Shown: positions 27,369 through 40,596 of the stretch, piece after piece
Layout of the letters: each line of letters starts with the position of its first letter
Numbering within the stretch: the first letter of the stretch is position 1
NCBI RefSeq assembly: GCF_009914755.1
Contig: NC_060935.1
DNA from: the human T2T-CHM13v2.0 reference genome, Homo sapiens
Reading direction: 5' to 3' (one strand)
Length of the DNA: 64,000 nt
Program-made: the position numbers and the translations under genes
Notes under the pieces: generated by a model
Database searches by the model: none
Told to the model about the DNA's origin: nothing
Seen by the model: only the letters and a program-made list of their open reading frames with translations

Positions 27369-30300
27369 TCGGGTGCAGGAGAGGGGAGGGAGGGAAAGTT
27401 GAAAATACCTGCTTCTGAAACTACGTACTGTTTATCCCAATAAACTCTCCCCAGATCCCAACAGGCAGGGCCCTGCATTTTTTCCTCTATAGGGAAACCT
27501 GAAAGCTAAGCTTCCAGACTCAGGAAAAGCTACTTGGAGCCAGAACACACTACTTGGCATGTTGCAGGCATTTAATATTTTTTAGATGACTCAGAGGATG
27601 GATGGACAAATGAATACACTTCTGGCCTAGGTGTCAGGAGAGGAGGTCTTAAGCTCTAGCGAGATTGCAGTGTGTGGCCCTGGGCAAGTCTTGTGCTCTA
27701 TCCTCGTCCCCTCCTCCAGGAAATGAAAGTGCTGATAATAGATGCTTATCTCAGCCCCAGGCCAAAATGTGCTGTACAAGTTGAGAATGTGAGCTTGAAG
27801 GTGTCACTGGCTCTGCTAACTTCCAGGGCTCTGGGCTGGCTCTGGTTCAGGGAGCGCTGTTTGGAGCTCAGATCAGATGCTGCCAATCCACTGCTGGGAC
27901 TGCCTAGGAAAGGACTCCAGGCAGTAGGGACAGAAGGACAGACAGAAACTATCTGGGCCCACCCTGGACACCTCAGGTGTTCGAGATCCTCCAGCCCATA
28001 TGCCCCGGGGGCAACTAAAGCCAGGCTGTCCTTTGCCTTGGATAGGACTCTACCCAAAGACTCTTGGGTAGAGACAGGGCCTCCCAAGCAGGGTAGACTT
28101 CTTCTGCTTGCAAGAAAGAGTGTAGTATCTGATTTCACTTCCCACAGCTGGCAGCATCAAATCGATATTTTTCCGTGGTGCAGACAGAGTAAAGAGAGAA
28201 TAAAGTGTTGAATTGTTTGGCATTATCAAGGATTTCAGCTCCCCAGGACTCCTGCATAAAGAGATGGAAATTTTAGCTGCCAGAGCCAAGAAACACACGC
28301 AAGTATATGAATTTGTTACATATTATCTTTCCTTCTTCCAAACAGCCCTGGAAATGTCAAAAGATCATCTATTGTTTCATTAAAAATAAAAAATAAAAAA
28401 GAACAGTTTGGGTTTGGTGGACTCAGCTTGGGCACAAGGCAGGTGGTGCCAGGCCAGTGGAGAGGAGACAGAAGTGATTTTCTAGGACAACCTTCCAGAG
28501 GCAAAGCCATCTTTCTAATTCTCCCTTTCTGGGTGTTGATTTTGCAGATGTAATTTAAGCCAGGGAAAGCGTGCTCTTATACATTTGCCCAGACTCAGTC
28601 ATTTTGGCCAACATTTACTAGGCACCTACTGTGTGCAAAGTTCGGGGCATGGTCCCTCTGGAGATCCCAGTGTGTGTTAGCGAGAGCATCGCTGCAAGGA
28701 GTTCAGGGCCAGTGCTTGTCTGACTGGGGCTAAGAGTGGCCATGGCATCTCAGACGCAGTTCGCCAGCTGCCTGGAGAATCCTGAGTCCATGGAGGGGCT
28801 ATGCTGCCTGGAGGAGGTCCAGAGAGGCCTCACAGAGAAGGGGACATCTGGGTGGGGCCTGGAAGGATGAGTGGACTCCCACAGAGGATGGGAGCTGCAG
28901 CATCGCAGGCAAAGAGAACAGAGCAGGTGATGTAAATTGAAAGGCCACATTCAGCCTGGACCTAGAAGTTGGGCCTGGAGAGGTGGAGAGGACAGGAGCT
29001 TCCTCTCCAGCCATGCACTGACCAGCCATGATCTGACCAGCCCCTGACAATCAAGTGAGTGACTGAGGCCACGTCTAGTCCACGATCTGCTATGCACACT
29101 CTCCTCTGATGCTGATGGGTGCAATTTCCCACCTTCGGGCTGCACACTACCCCTCACAGCCTTTAGCCGGCTGGCCCAGCTCACCTGCTGCTGGACTCAC
29201 AGGCTTCTAGAGAGGAAGCCAGCCTCTGGCTGTCAGGAAGCTCTCGGCCACCCCCATGTACTGGTGGGGCCATGCAGCCAAGGGGATTGAGTCAGGCCCT
29301 CCAGAGTATTGGGGGTGTTTAAAACAAGGCTGTCCCCAATCCCACCCTGTTGCCAGGAGTCATCAGCCCCACGTGCATCCCATACCTAACGGGAAAGCAG
29401 AGAGCAGGCCCTGCCGCCAGCCCTGAGCACCCAGTTTTGCCTCTTCTGGCTGGACACCCCTCAAAGGGAGGTGCTGTGTTCCCTCCTCCATGCCCTCTCC
29501 ACGTCTTTTCCCACTACAGCCTCGGAGGGCAGAGAAAAGTCAGGCAATACCTGAGCTGGGAGAATCCTTGGAGGCGGCAGAACCAGCCAGTGCAGTGGTG
29601 TGCAGCTCCACCCTAGCTCGCTGCTCCACACAGTGGACCATCTCATGGCTAGTCTGTTCTTCCTTTTGCTTCCTGAGAGCTTAGGGCCCCAGCAGCCCCA
29701 GCCCTCTAGAAGGCCAGAAGCCACAGTGCCTCTATTCCTCCATGTCCCCAGGAGCTCTTCTTGCTGTTCCCATGCTGGGTGCTGAGAGCCAGGTGGGAAA
29801 ATTCCCATCACACAGACCACTGTGTCTCCGTACCCTCCAAAACCTGACCTGCAGCTGGGACCCCAGGCCACAGAAATAAACATAACCTAAATCTCATACT
29901 TTTGAATTTTGCTTTTCAATTTTCATAGCCTTTTCACATTTATTTTTCTTATGGCCTCCAACCACCCTGAAGGGATGCAGGCAAGTGTTACGTCACCCTC
30001 ACTTTTGCAGATGAGCAAACGGGGGTACAGGCTGAGGAATGTGCCTGGGGCCACACAGCTAATTGCTGGCAGAGCCAGCACTGGGCCCAGTCTCCAAGCT
30101 TCTGGTCACAGCCCCAGCCCCCCTGCCACATTCCCAGGCAGGCCCCAGGCTCGGGAAAGGATGTGGGGTGCAGGGTGGGTCTGGATACGTGGATGGTGAG
30201 CTCTCTGGCGCTGCCTGGGCCTCTTTCCCTGTGGATCAGGGAGTTCAGACTCATGGCCTTGGAGATTCCTGTCAACTCCAAGGTTCCCCGGCTCCATGAC

Positions 30301-33300
30301 TCCATCACACTTGCCCTCCTCCTTATCAGGAAACCCACCCTTCAACATTTCTCTTTCCACTTTTGGGAAATGCTGGCAGAAATGGAGGACAAAGCTGTAT
30401 CAGCATTGTAGAACTGGAGAAGGAACTGGGCTTACACAGAGGGACAGGCACTAGAAAGTGACATAAAAAAAGAGGGCACTCCCCCTTACCAATGAAGGAT
30501 GTGTCGTCTAAGGGGAGAGACAGGCTGCCAGGCAGTCCTATGTAGGCTAAGAAAATAGAGGGAGGCTTATGTTTGCATGTCCATTGCAAAACCATCTCCT
30601 TCCATCAGCAAACATTCTCTTCTCGGCTTCCCCCAGCTAGATGCATGGCCGGCCTGAGCTAGGAGGCAGTTACTGGGGCTTCCTCTAGGCCAACCTCAAA
30701 AGGCTTCTTTAGGAATGCAGGGATGTTGTTGGGATCTGGATGTCACAAGGGACGTGGTTGGCAGGGACCCTCTGATACCCGCAGGGAGCTTGGCCTGATG
30801 GATCCGGGAAACACCTCAGGGCCTCCATAGGAAAGGCTGTTGGTGGGGAGGGGGCTGCTTGGAAATGGATCCACTTGGGTAGACACCTAGAAGAGGTGAT
30901 GTCCTAAACTGCAGCCCCAGCCCCAGGGGCCCATCTCGCCCAGCTCTGGCCCTGAAAAGACGTTCCATTCCCCTTCCCTGGAAACCCCCTCACTTACGGG
31001 AAGCTGGGTGTTATCTTAAGGTCTATAAACGGCCTGCCTGCTTTTCCAGCTGGAGCTGTTCATTCAGAACAATTAGCATGCAGTTTGGAGCTGGATGGAA
31101 CATATGGCAGAGGGGGTCCCCAGGAGCCAGCGTGTGGCAGCCTGAGAAGGAGGGGAGCAGCCTGAGAGGCACGGGAAGGGGCACGTGGGAAGGGGAGGGC
31201 TCCCAGCCCGCTGCCTGGTCCAGGTACACCTGCTTTTAATCCTGGAGGGAACAGAACCAAGGGCTGGTGTGAATTCCTTATGCATCTCAGGTCACAGATG
31301 CATTAAACGTCCCCTAAATCAGCATTTTATATCAAGAGACTTGAAAAGCCCATAAGCCCTGAGCAATGTCCTTCTCTGGAGAGCTTCAGGGCAAATATCC
31401 AGGGGTCTGCACAGGATGCAGGTGGAGGTACTGAGGAACAAATGTCTCCCTAGACACTCTTGGGCATTCATTTATTCACTAAATATTGAGGGCCTACTAT
31501 GTGCCAATTACTGTCCTGGGTATTAGAGATACATCTGTGAAGAAAACAAACCAAGATCCCTGCCCATGTGTAGCGTCAGACAATAAATGTAATACATAAG
31601 TAAACTGTTGAGGGTGTTAGCAGGAGTTAGCCTCGTGAAGTCAGCCTATGAGGTAGTATTGTGATTTCCTCCTTACACGCAAGGAAATGAAAACCAAAAG
31701 AGTATCTAAAAAGCATGTTCAAGTTCTCCGAGCTAGTAAGTGGTGGGATCTGGATTCGAACCCATCTGGCCCAGCGCCACACACTCACCTCGTCTTGAAG
31801 ATGGACAAGACACCCACCTGAGCAAGCTCCAGTTTACCACTCCAGATGATCTGGGTGGGCAGTAGAATCAGAGGCTCCAGAGCAGAAAGAGCTCTTAAGA
31901 GATTGCCACTCCGGCTTCAGCCTTTTACAGTGGAGTCACAACCTCCGGAGTTGTGTCTAGTGATGTGTGTAAGGTCACACAGCCAGGCAAACTATTATAG
32001 AACTGACACCTGGAGGCCTGACTTGCAGGCAAGGGTCCTTTCTACCCAACCACACTGACCTGCTTAGGGCTCTCAGCAAGACCACAAGTGGCTCTCTCAA
32101 AAGATCCAGCCTGCTGCGAACTCCCTGAACCCCTTCATGCTTCAGAGAGCACGCATACACCCTCCAGCACCCCCTACCTGCCCCAGGTCAGAGGCACTTG
32201 CAGTCTAGACAGTGGCTGGTTCTTGGGCACCCCCACCCCAGGCAGTGATCCGGCATAGCTGGAGGGGAGCCACTCAGCGCACGGCACCCACTCCAGCTCA
32301 CATTTTAATGTGCTCAAAGAAATGGCTGTAAACAGGTGTCAGGTGTCTTGCATGGTCAGGAGCTAACCAGTGCCCTGTCTGGAAGAAAAATTGCAGTAAC
32401 AGCATCGGGAACGACTGCAAAGGTGGAAGGGAGGGGAGAGAAGAGGCAAACCGACTGAAGTGTGGTGGTTATGACACTTAAATTGGATCCCAGGGCAGGT
32501 AAAGAGCAGAGCTATAAATCCAGCCTCCTGAAAGAATATTCCGGAGGCAGGAGACACAAGCTCACTTAAAATATGTCTGAGATGAGAACCAAAGATCGTT
32601 ATTTTTGAGCAAGGATATAAAATGCTAAACACTGCCTTTATTAGTCCTTTTTAAAAGCCAGGTGTAAAATACTGCCATTCCCCAGATTGTGTTTTTCCTT
32701 TTTTTTTCTTTAATGGCAGAAATTAAAATCTCCTTAAGCCATTAGCCATCCCTCCCCAAGGTGAGCCCCAAAAGTGGCTCTACCAGGGGCCTCTCCCCTC
32801 ACCCAGGAGGCATGGTGGCCATTCACCAAGTCTCTCACACCCCTTCCCACCCCTCCCTCCCCGCCACTGGCACTGAATACCTGCCCGGCGGCAGGTGGCT
32901 GAAAAGGCTGGGAAGTTTTATGGGTCTGCCTCAGTAGGCCCTGTCTCCCACCAGTTGCCAATTTGGTCGGTTGCTCCCCATTCGCAAATACCTAACGCTA
33001 AAGATATTCCACCCACTGGAGCGCTACCAGGGCAGCCCCCCACCCCCCAGGGAGCTCACTGATGCAGGTTTAGGTGCCATTGAAGTCCACTTCTACTCCC
33101 AGGCCCGCTTCTCCTGGGCTGGCTTTTCTTTCTGCCTTCCCACTCTGTCCTTTCTTTCTTTTTTTCTTTTCTTTCCATCAAAGGCTGGTACTACCAGAGA
33201 AAAAGTTCATAAAAATGTTATGTCCACCATAAAACCCTTAATGTGGCATTCTGCATGATCCATGCATTAACATTAACATTTCCCAGACAGTTATTGTGAG

Positions 33301-33992
33301 ATAATGGTCCCAGCTATAATTCAGCTGTAACGTTCCTTCGAGCAAATGTTATGGAGGAATAAATGACTTGCCGAGTGTGCTGAGGCAGTGGGGGTGGAGG
33401 AGAGGTGAACAGCTTGAAAATGCAGACTCTGGACCCTAGAGACCCCGGCACAGCCGTGGAGGGGTCTGGGACTCATTCTAGGTCGGACCATGGGCTCTCT
33501 GGGGACTGAGAGACCAGGCCCCACTACCCCCTCCCCCATTTTCGTTTCACACAAATTGCATCTTTCTTCCCAGGGTTGCATTTGGAGAATTTGCTGAGAG
33601 AATGGATTTAAGGCCACAGGGTTCCCAGTAGGGTTGAGAGGGTGAAGAGGAGCTTTGGCATCTTAACCAGCCTCTTCCTCCCCGTTTCTCCTTCTCTGTG
33701 GGCCCAGCACACTTTATACTCACCTCTGCTACAGCACTTCTCAGCTTGTCTTTTTGCTATTTGTTTTTCGTTTCTGTGTCCCTTGACATACCTGTGCCCT
33801 CCTTAAGAGCAGTTTGTACATCGTAGTCTTCTTGGTGACCTAGCACAAAGCAGATACTCATTTGTTGGAAATAAGGATGGATGAATGGACAGATGGACGG
33901 ATGGACAGTTGTCTGAGTGACAACAGAAGAAAAAGTTACAGAAATGCAAGCAGACCAGAAGATGGACAGGACTTGACATTAACAATAAAGGG

Positions 33993-34286
<294 letters not shown>

Positions 34287-35826
34287 AACAATAAAGGGGG
34301 ACATACCCCAAAACATTTATGAAGTGAAATCATAAGTGTTCGATATGTCCCTTAGGGATCTGCCACTGTATTCACTTTACTCTTTAGGAAAAAGAGGCCT
34401 AGAGACGTTGGTGAACAGGCCAGGACTAGAATTCTGGGCCACCAGTTTAATGCTCTACCAGCTGCCATCTTGCTGCTAATATGCAAAGCTAATCATATGT
34501 ATGCAAAGAAACCCTTTCTACCCTCAAGGAGTTTGCTCCCTAGTGGAGGAAACACATCAGCACAAATGCAACTCACCATAGGCAAGGTAGATTACAATGA
34601 GTGCTGCCATGGGAAATGTCTTCAATTTGGAAACACAAAATGTACTGCCAAGGCTAGGGGCCTTGATGGATGAGCAAGACCCAAAAAGGCAAACATCGAG
34701 GGGAGAGGAGGGAAAACATTTGAGACAGAGAAGGCAGTGTGGGCAAAGGCACAGAGATGATTGGAGACGAGAATTTCCCACAGATATTTAATTTGTGCAG
34801 TATCAGCTGGTGTTGAGCGTATGGTCCCGGGAGACCCCTGGCCACTGGGATGGCCTTCCTTAGAATGTGCCCTATTACTGCTTCTTGCTGCCCCTTCCTG
34901 CCAAGTTTCAGCTTATGGATCATGCCCTTGGCCACGATGGGTAGCTCCTTGGCTTATGTGTGGGCTGGGCCTGGCCAGCCTCAGCATTGCCCAGCCAGCT
35001 GCCTCGGAGCTCAGGAGGAACCACCCCCAAGAATGGCAGCACCCCCAACCCTAGGGCTTTCCTTTCCCACCTCTGCTCAGTCCTGCTCATGCTCTGGGGA
35101 AGACTCAGCGGGAGCTGCATTCCTCCAGACATGTCAGGAGAAGCACAAGAGAAGATGCTGGCTCTTTTCCAAATGCCACATGTCATGGCCACCATGATCT
35201 CTCCCAAGAGCAGCTCCCCGGAATGCAGGGCCAGATTTATTACACCAGCAAAGGAGATGGCGACCTCCACAATGTGTTCACAGGACTCGGGGGAGGCTTT
35301 GCCCCAATCAGAAATATCTTCCCCACTCAGGAGTTTCATAATAACCAAGAGCTGGAAGGGGCCGTGGAGGTCACCTGGTTTAACTGCCGTGCTGTGATGG
35401 CATCTCTGATTAGAGAGGCTTTTCTTGTCTCCTAACAACTCCTGGTGACGGCAGCTCTCCCATTCTGGGTTGGTTCTCACTAGTAGGACTCCCTCACATA
35501 AAGGGGAAATTGGTCTCTCTGTCCCTTCCACCCTCTGTCCTAGTTCAGCACTCTCGCCTGCACAGTGTAAGACCAACCATCTTCTGCATGGTAGTTCTTT
35601 AAATATTGAAGGTAACAGTCATGTTCCTCCAAGATCTTCTGTTCTGGAAGTATGTACCTTTCTTAAGCATCCTAGCCTTCCTCCACAGATGCACTCCATA
35701 TTACCAATGTTCCTCTTATGGAGTAAACACGCTCCTCCTGTGTGGTCTGAACCATTGACTCCTTCATCTGGACACCAGTCTGCAGTCATCTTGTAGTCAT
35801 TCAGCCTGAGATCACAATTACCTCTT

Positions 35827-35952
35827 CCTTTCTTTCTTTCTTTCTTTCTTTCTTTCCTTCCTTCCTTCCTCTCTCTCTTTCTTCCTTCCTTCCTCTCTCT
35901 TCCTTCCTTTCTCTCTCTCTTTCTTCCTTCCTTCCTCTCTTTCTTCCTTCCA
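35827..35952. repeat. (TTTC)n/(TTCC)n polypyrimidine tract
   Basis: Direct reading. Confidence 0.9.
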
Positions 35953-36023
35953 TCCTTGCACATCACAACACTGGTACCAACTGAATTTTCATTCCAACAT
36001 CCCTTTATTTTTTTCCCACATGA

Positions 36024-36385
<362 letters not shown>

Positions 36386-36912
36386 TCTAACAGTACCAAT
36401 TTATATTTCTCTCTACTCAACATCATCTTCTTGCTTTCAGCCTGTAATTTCTGCCTCATGAGCTCTTTCTCAATCTTAATTCTCTCTGTAAACACATTAA
36501 CTATTTATTTCAGTGTGTGGAATGATCAGCACACCTTCCATAGTGTCATGCAAATCTTTGGCAAAAATTCTCAACAGTATAAAGCTGGTTACTTCAGCAT
36601 GAAACAGCTCCTTCCAGACTGAATTCTACTGACCAACATTGATTGGAGACAATCACTCACCTAGCTAAAAACTCTTCCGGTTCCGCCATTCAAGCTACTC
36701 TTCTTCATCCTACCCAGAAGGATATCATGGAAGACTTTGTCATACTGCTTACTGAAATCAAGATATTTTTCAGAATTTTCCTTATGCCAGCCTAGGAATT
36801 CTATGTGTGTGTTTTTTTAAAGGGCAATAAAGTTAGTTTGACATGACTGTTTTTCAGTGAAGCCATTCTGGTTCTTGGTCATCTCTTCTTTCTTTCATAA
36901 ATAATACTATTA

Positions 36913-37225
36913 GGCCGGGCGCGGTGGCTCACACCTGTAATCCCAGCACTTTGGGAGGCTGAGGCGGGTGGATCACAAGGTCAGGAGTTCGAGACCAGCC
37001 TGAGCAACATGGTGAAACCACATCTCTACTAAAAATACAAAAATTAACCAGGCATGGTGGCGCATGCCTGTAATCCCAGCTACTCAGGAGTCTGAGGCAG
37101 GAGAATTGCTTGAACCCAGGAGGCGGAGGTTGCAGTGAGCCGAGATCCTACCACTGCACTCCAGCCTGTGAGATAGAGTGAGACTCTGTCTCAAAAAAAA
37201 AAATAATAAAAATAATAATATATAA
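36913..37225 (+). mobile_element. Alu (AluSg-like)
   Basis: ggatcacaaggtcaggagttcgag; TSD ataaataatactatt / ataaataatcctatt. Confidence 0.93.
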
Positions 37226-38617
37226 ATAAATAATCCTATTTAGAATTTTCATTAACAAGTAATGCCAAACTTACTGTTACATAGCTTCCAGAACCCTGAT
37301 GCTTGCCACTTTTTGAAAAGAGGGAAAACTTTTGCCTCATTTCCATCTCTAAAAGCTATTTGTTTTCATCAGTTCACAAACAGCTAACAGTGGTTTTGCA
37401 ATCCTGTTCTTTCCATACTCCAAGATATAATTTGCCATTGTCCACAGACTTGAGTTTATTTAAAGCTATGAGATGCTAGTTTACCATCTCCTCACCTATC
37501 TCAAACTTGAACCCTTTTAAAATCATCTTTCTGGTTTGATGATTGTTGTCCTTGAAAAAAACAAAGCCAAGTGGGAGTTCAATCGTTTGCTTTCCTTCTG
37601 TCGTCTGGTAACCTCATATGTCTGCCCCGGGATATAGCTGCCTCAATCCCTAATTTTTTTTTCTTTCCATTTTGTTTCAAGTATTGCTTTTTAAGAGAAC
37701 AGGGAGAGAATGTGTGTGGTATGGGGGAGTCTGGTGGGGGAAGGTGTTTTTAGACTCCAGTTCACTCTGGTCTTTGGCCTTCCTAGCACACTTCTAACAG
37801 GCCCAGCCTACTCTTTTGTGTTGCTTTTTACTCTTCCATGCCTTGTTCCATCTTTTGTACATGTACTTTTAAATCATCACAGAACTCAGATTTGAAAATT
37901 TGGGCTAAGATGTGATGTCCATTATATTTCACATTCCCCATTAGAAAGACATGGGTTAGACCTTGCCCTCTTTTGCCAACACTCCTTAGAAATAGCATTA
38001 GCAAGGAAATCCAACCCCACCAATATTTTTTTGATCACCTCTTACGCCCAAGGCACAGTACTAGATACTGCGAGCGATACAAAAGGGAACAAGAATTGTC
38101 CCCGCCTTAGACACCATGGAGGAGGCAGACACACAAGTTGCTATAGCCCTAGGTAGAAGGGACAAGGGTTAGAATTCTGGTGTATGCAAAGTGCTGTGAA
38201 AGCCCCCCAGAAGGAGAGCCCATGTCTGCCTGGGAAGATGCAAGAAAGAGACATGAAGGGAGGTGACATTTTAAGCAGTTGTGCATCAGAGATGCAGAGA
38301 AGGCTATAAATTCCTTATGAAGGGCACAAAGGTAAAGATGCAAGATGGTGTTTGGGGAACAGCAGACAGCTTTGTGTGGTGATTGTACAGTGGACTAGGG
38401 GTAGAACGTAGCCTCGAACACTCATGTCAAGTTTTCTGTTCTACCCAGCGTCCTATCAAAGCCTTGAGCACAATGCCCTCAAATAAACTCATCAGCACCT
38501 CCTCCAAGCCTATTCTTCCTCTGTGATCCTTAAAAAAACATTTTTTAAAAAATTTTTGACATCACTGTCCTCCCAGTGAATTGAATACTGAGCTTAGAAT
38601 CAAAACATCTGAATTTG

Positions 38618-38719
38618 CTCTTGAACCCGGGAGGTGGAGGTTACAGTGAGCGAGATCACACCACTGTACTCCAGCTTGGGTGACAGAATGAGACTGTCTC
38701 AAAGAAGAAGAAAAAAAAG
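38618..38719 (+). mobile_element. 5'-truncated Alu (right-arm end only) inserted in a MIR
   Basis: TSD tctgaatttg at 38608-38617 and 38720-38729; the MIR continues to ~38890. Confidence 0.88.
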
Positions 38720-40389
38720 TCTGAATTTGGACCTCAGATCCAGCACTTTAGATTGGGCAAGTCCTTTAGGTTCTCTGAGCCTCTGTTTCTTCATGTGTAA
38801 AATGGGAAAAACAGTGCGTAACTTTCCTCCTACAAGGGGGAGTTGTGATGATTAAATGAGAGCTAGATGAGGGCACTGCTTTGTAAGGGGTGGAGTGCTG
38901 TGTGCGGGTAAGAAGGATGTTCAGTATGATCGGGTCCCCGGATCTGTGCACCACACAGTAAAAAATTCTTTTGGATGAAACTGAAGTTTCCTGAAGCTCA
39001 CTATCAAAAAAATGCCTGGTGGAGGGGAGGACCAGGAAGGCAAGAGGCAAAAGGAGAGTGTGGAGGCCACAGATCCAAGCCCATTTCAGTTGGGGCTGAA
39101 GCTGGCTGATTTTGAGACTCACTTCAAAGCCGTCTGAGTTCACGCTGAGCACCAGGTTCTGTGGGAAGTCACCCTGCTGTGCCCCAGGAGAGCAGACAGG
39201 CTGTGAGGTGAATCAGGAATATTCCATAAGGTGGTGTGTGGTGTGTTGAGGCAGGAGGGCCGGGGCAGCGGGTGCTGTGGCTCTGTGGATGACTGCAAGG
39301 GCAGACCCACCGCACCCTGCCTGCCACCCCCCGAGTGTCACGCACGGCAGGCACTCTGAGCACAGAGACAAAACCACCCACCTCGAGGAGCTCCATGGAA
39401 TGGAGGAGACGCACGTGCCCATAATGCCAATTCAGCGGGCTCAGCAGCACCATACAGGTGTGCTCAGGTGATGGGAGCACAGAGGCAGAAATTACTGTCC
39501 GCCAGAGGGGCCAGGATGATCAGACAAGGTTTCCGAGGGAAGATACCCTGAGTTGAGCCTTAGGAATATGCAGTGGCACAAGTAGATAAGGTAGGAAAGG
39601 GCATTTTGAACAGAGAAAACAGCATTTAAAGATGAACAGAGGCATAAGGAAGGCCTTCGCTCGCATGCCGTGTGAAAGGCAGGGGGGAGGCTGCAGAGGA
39701 GGCCAAGCCCACTGGAGGCCCGTGTCATGCTATCGCCTTCCACCGAGGGCAACAGGGAGCTCAGACAGCAGGGATGGGAAGCAGAGAGTGTTTACGGGGC
39801 ACTTAAGAAGAACTATCTGTGTGTCTTTGAAAGTAGAAGGTGAAAGAAGGGAGAAAGGGGAAAGAGAAGTCGAGGGCACCCCCAGGTTTGTTTCTTGAAT
39901 GTCTGCAATGGCAGTGCCCCTCATCCAAACTGAGGAACATGGAAGAAAGGAGCAGACAGAGGGTGGGCAGGAGGGAGCTGCTGGAGTCCCTAATGGGGCC
40001 TGGTGAGTTTGGGGAGGTTGCTGTGGGTTATCCAGGTGACATCCTACCTCATTCAGTTCTGCATCTGAACTCTCCTGTCCCAAGTAGAATTTTCTCTTTC
40101 AACTGAATTGGGAGCACCTTGAGGGCAGAAACCAGGTCTGACTCATCTTTATTCCCCTCAAGGAGTTCCTGGAATCCTCACAGAGCTCCTGCTGGCTGTG
40201 AGCACTGCATGGACTTGCAAATGCCACTCCACTTCTTTACCTTGGTTTCATTTTGCACTTGAAGATAAAGCTCAAAGGACAGCATCCTGGAAAAGCACAT
40301 GTACCCAGGAGGCAGACAACCCTGGCTTGAGTCCTGTCCATGCCCTTTCCTAGCTGTGATATTCAGCACATCGCAGGGCCTCCTCAAAT

Positions 40390-40596
40390 ATATACTGTCT
40401 AACGTGGCAGCTGGTAGCCACAAGCCACGTGTATCTATTCAAATAAAAATAAAAATGAAATGAAATTAAACATTCAGTGACTGAGTCACACCAGGTTTGA
40501 GCCAAGTGCTCAGTAGCCACATGGTGTCCATGGTATTGGAAAATACAGACAGAGAGCATTTCCATCACCACAGAGAGTTCTATTGGAAAGTGCCGG
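40390..40596. mobile_element. MER3-like hAT MITE
   Basis: aagtgctcagtagccacatg...catttccatcaccacagagagttctattgga. Confidence 0.75.

Noticed and set aside
32885-32901. CTCF-like motifs (also ~14646 and ~39498)
   Set aside because: Each has two or more core mismatches and cannot be supported without ChIP data.
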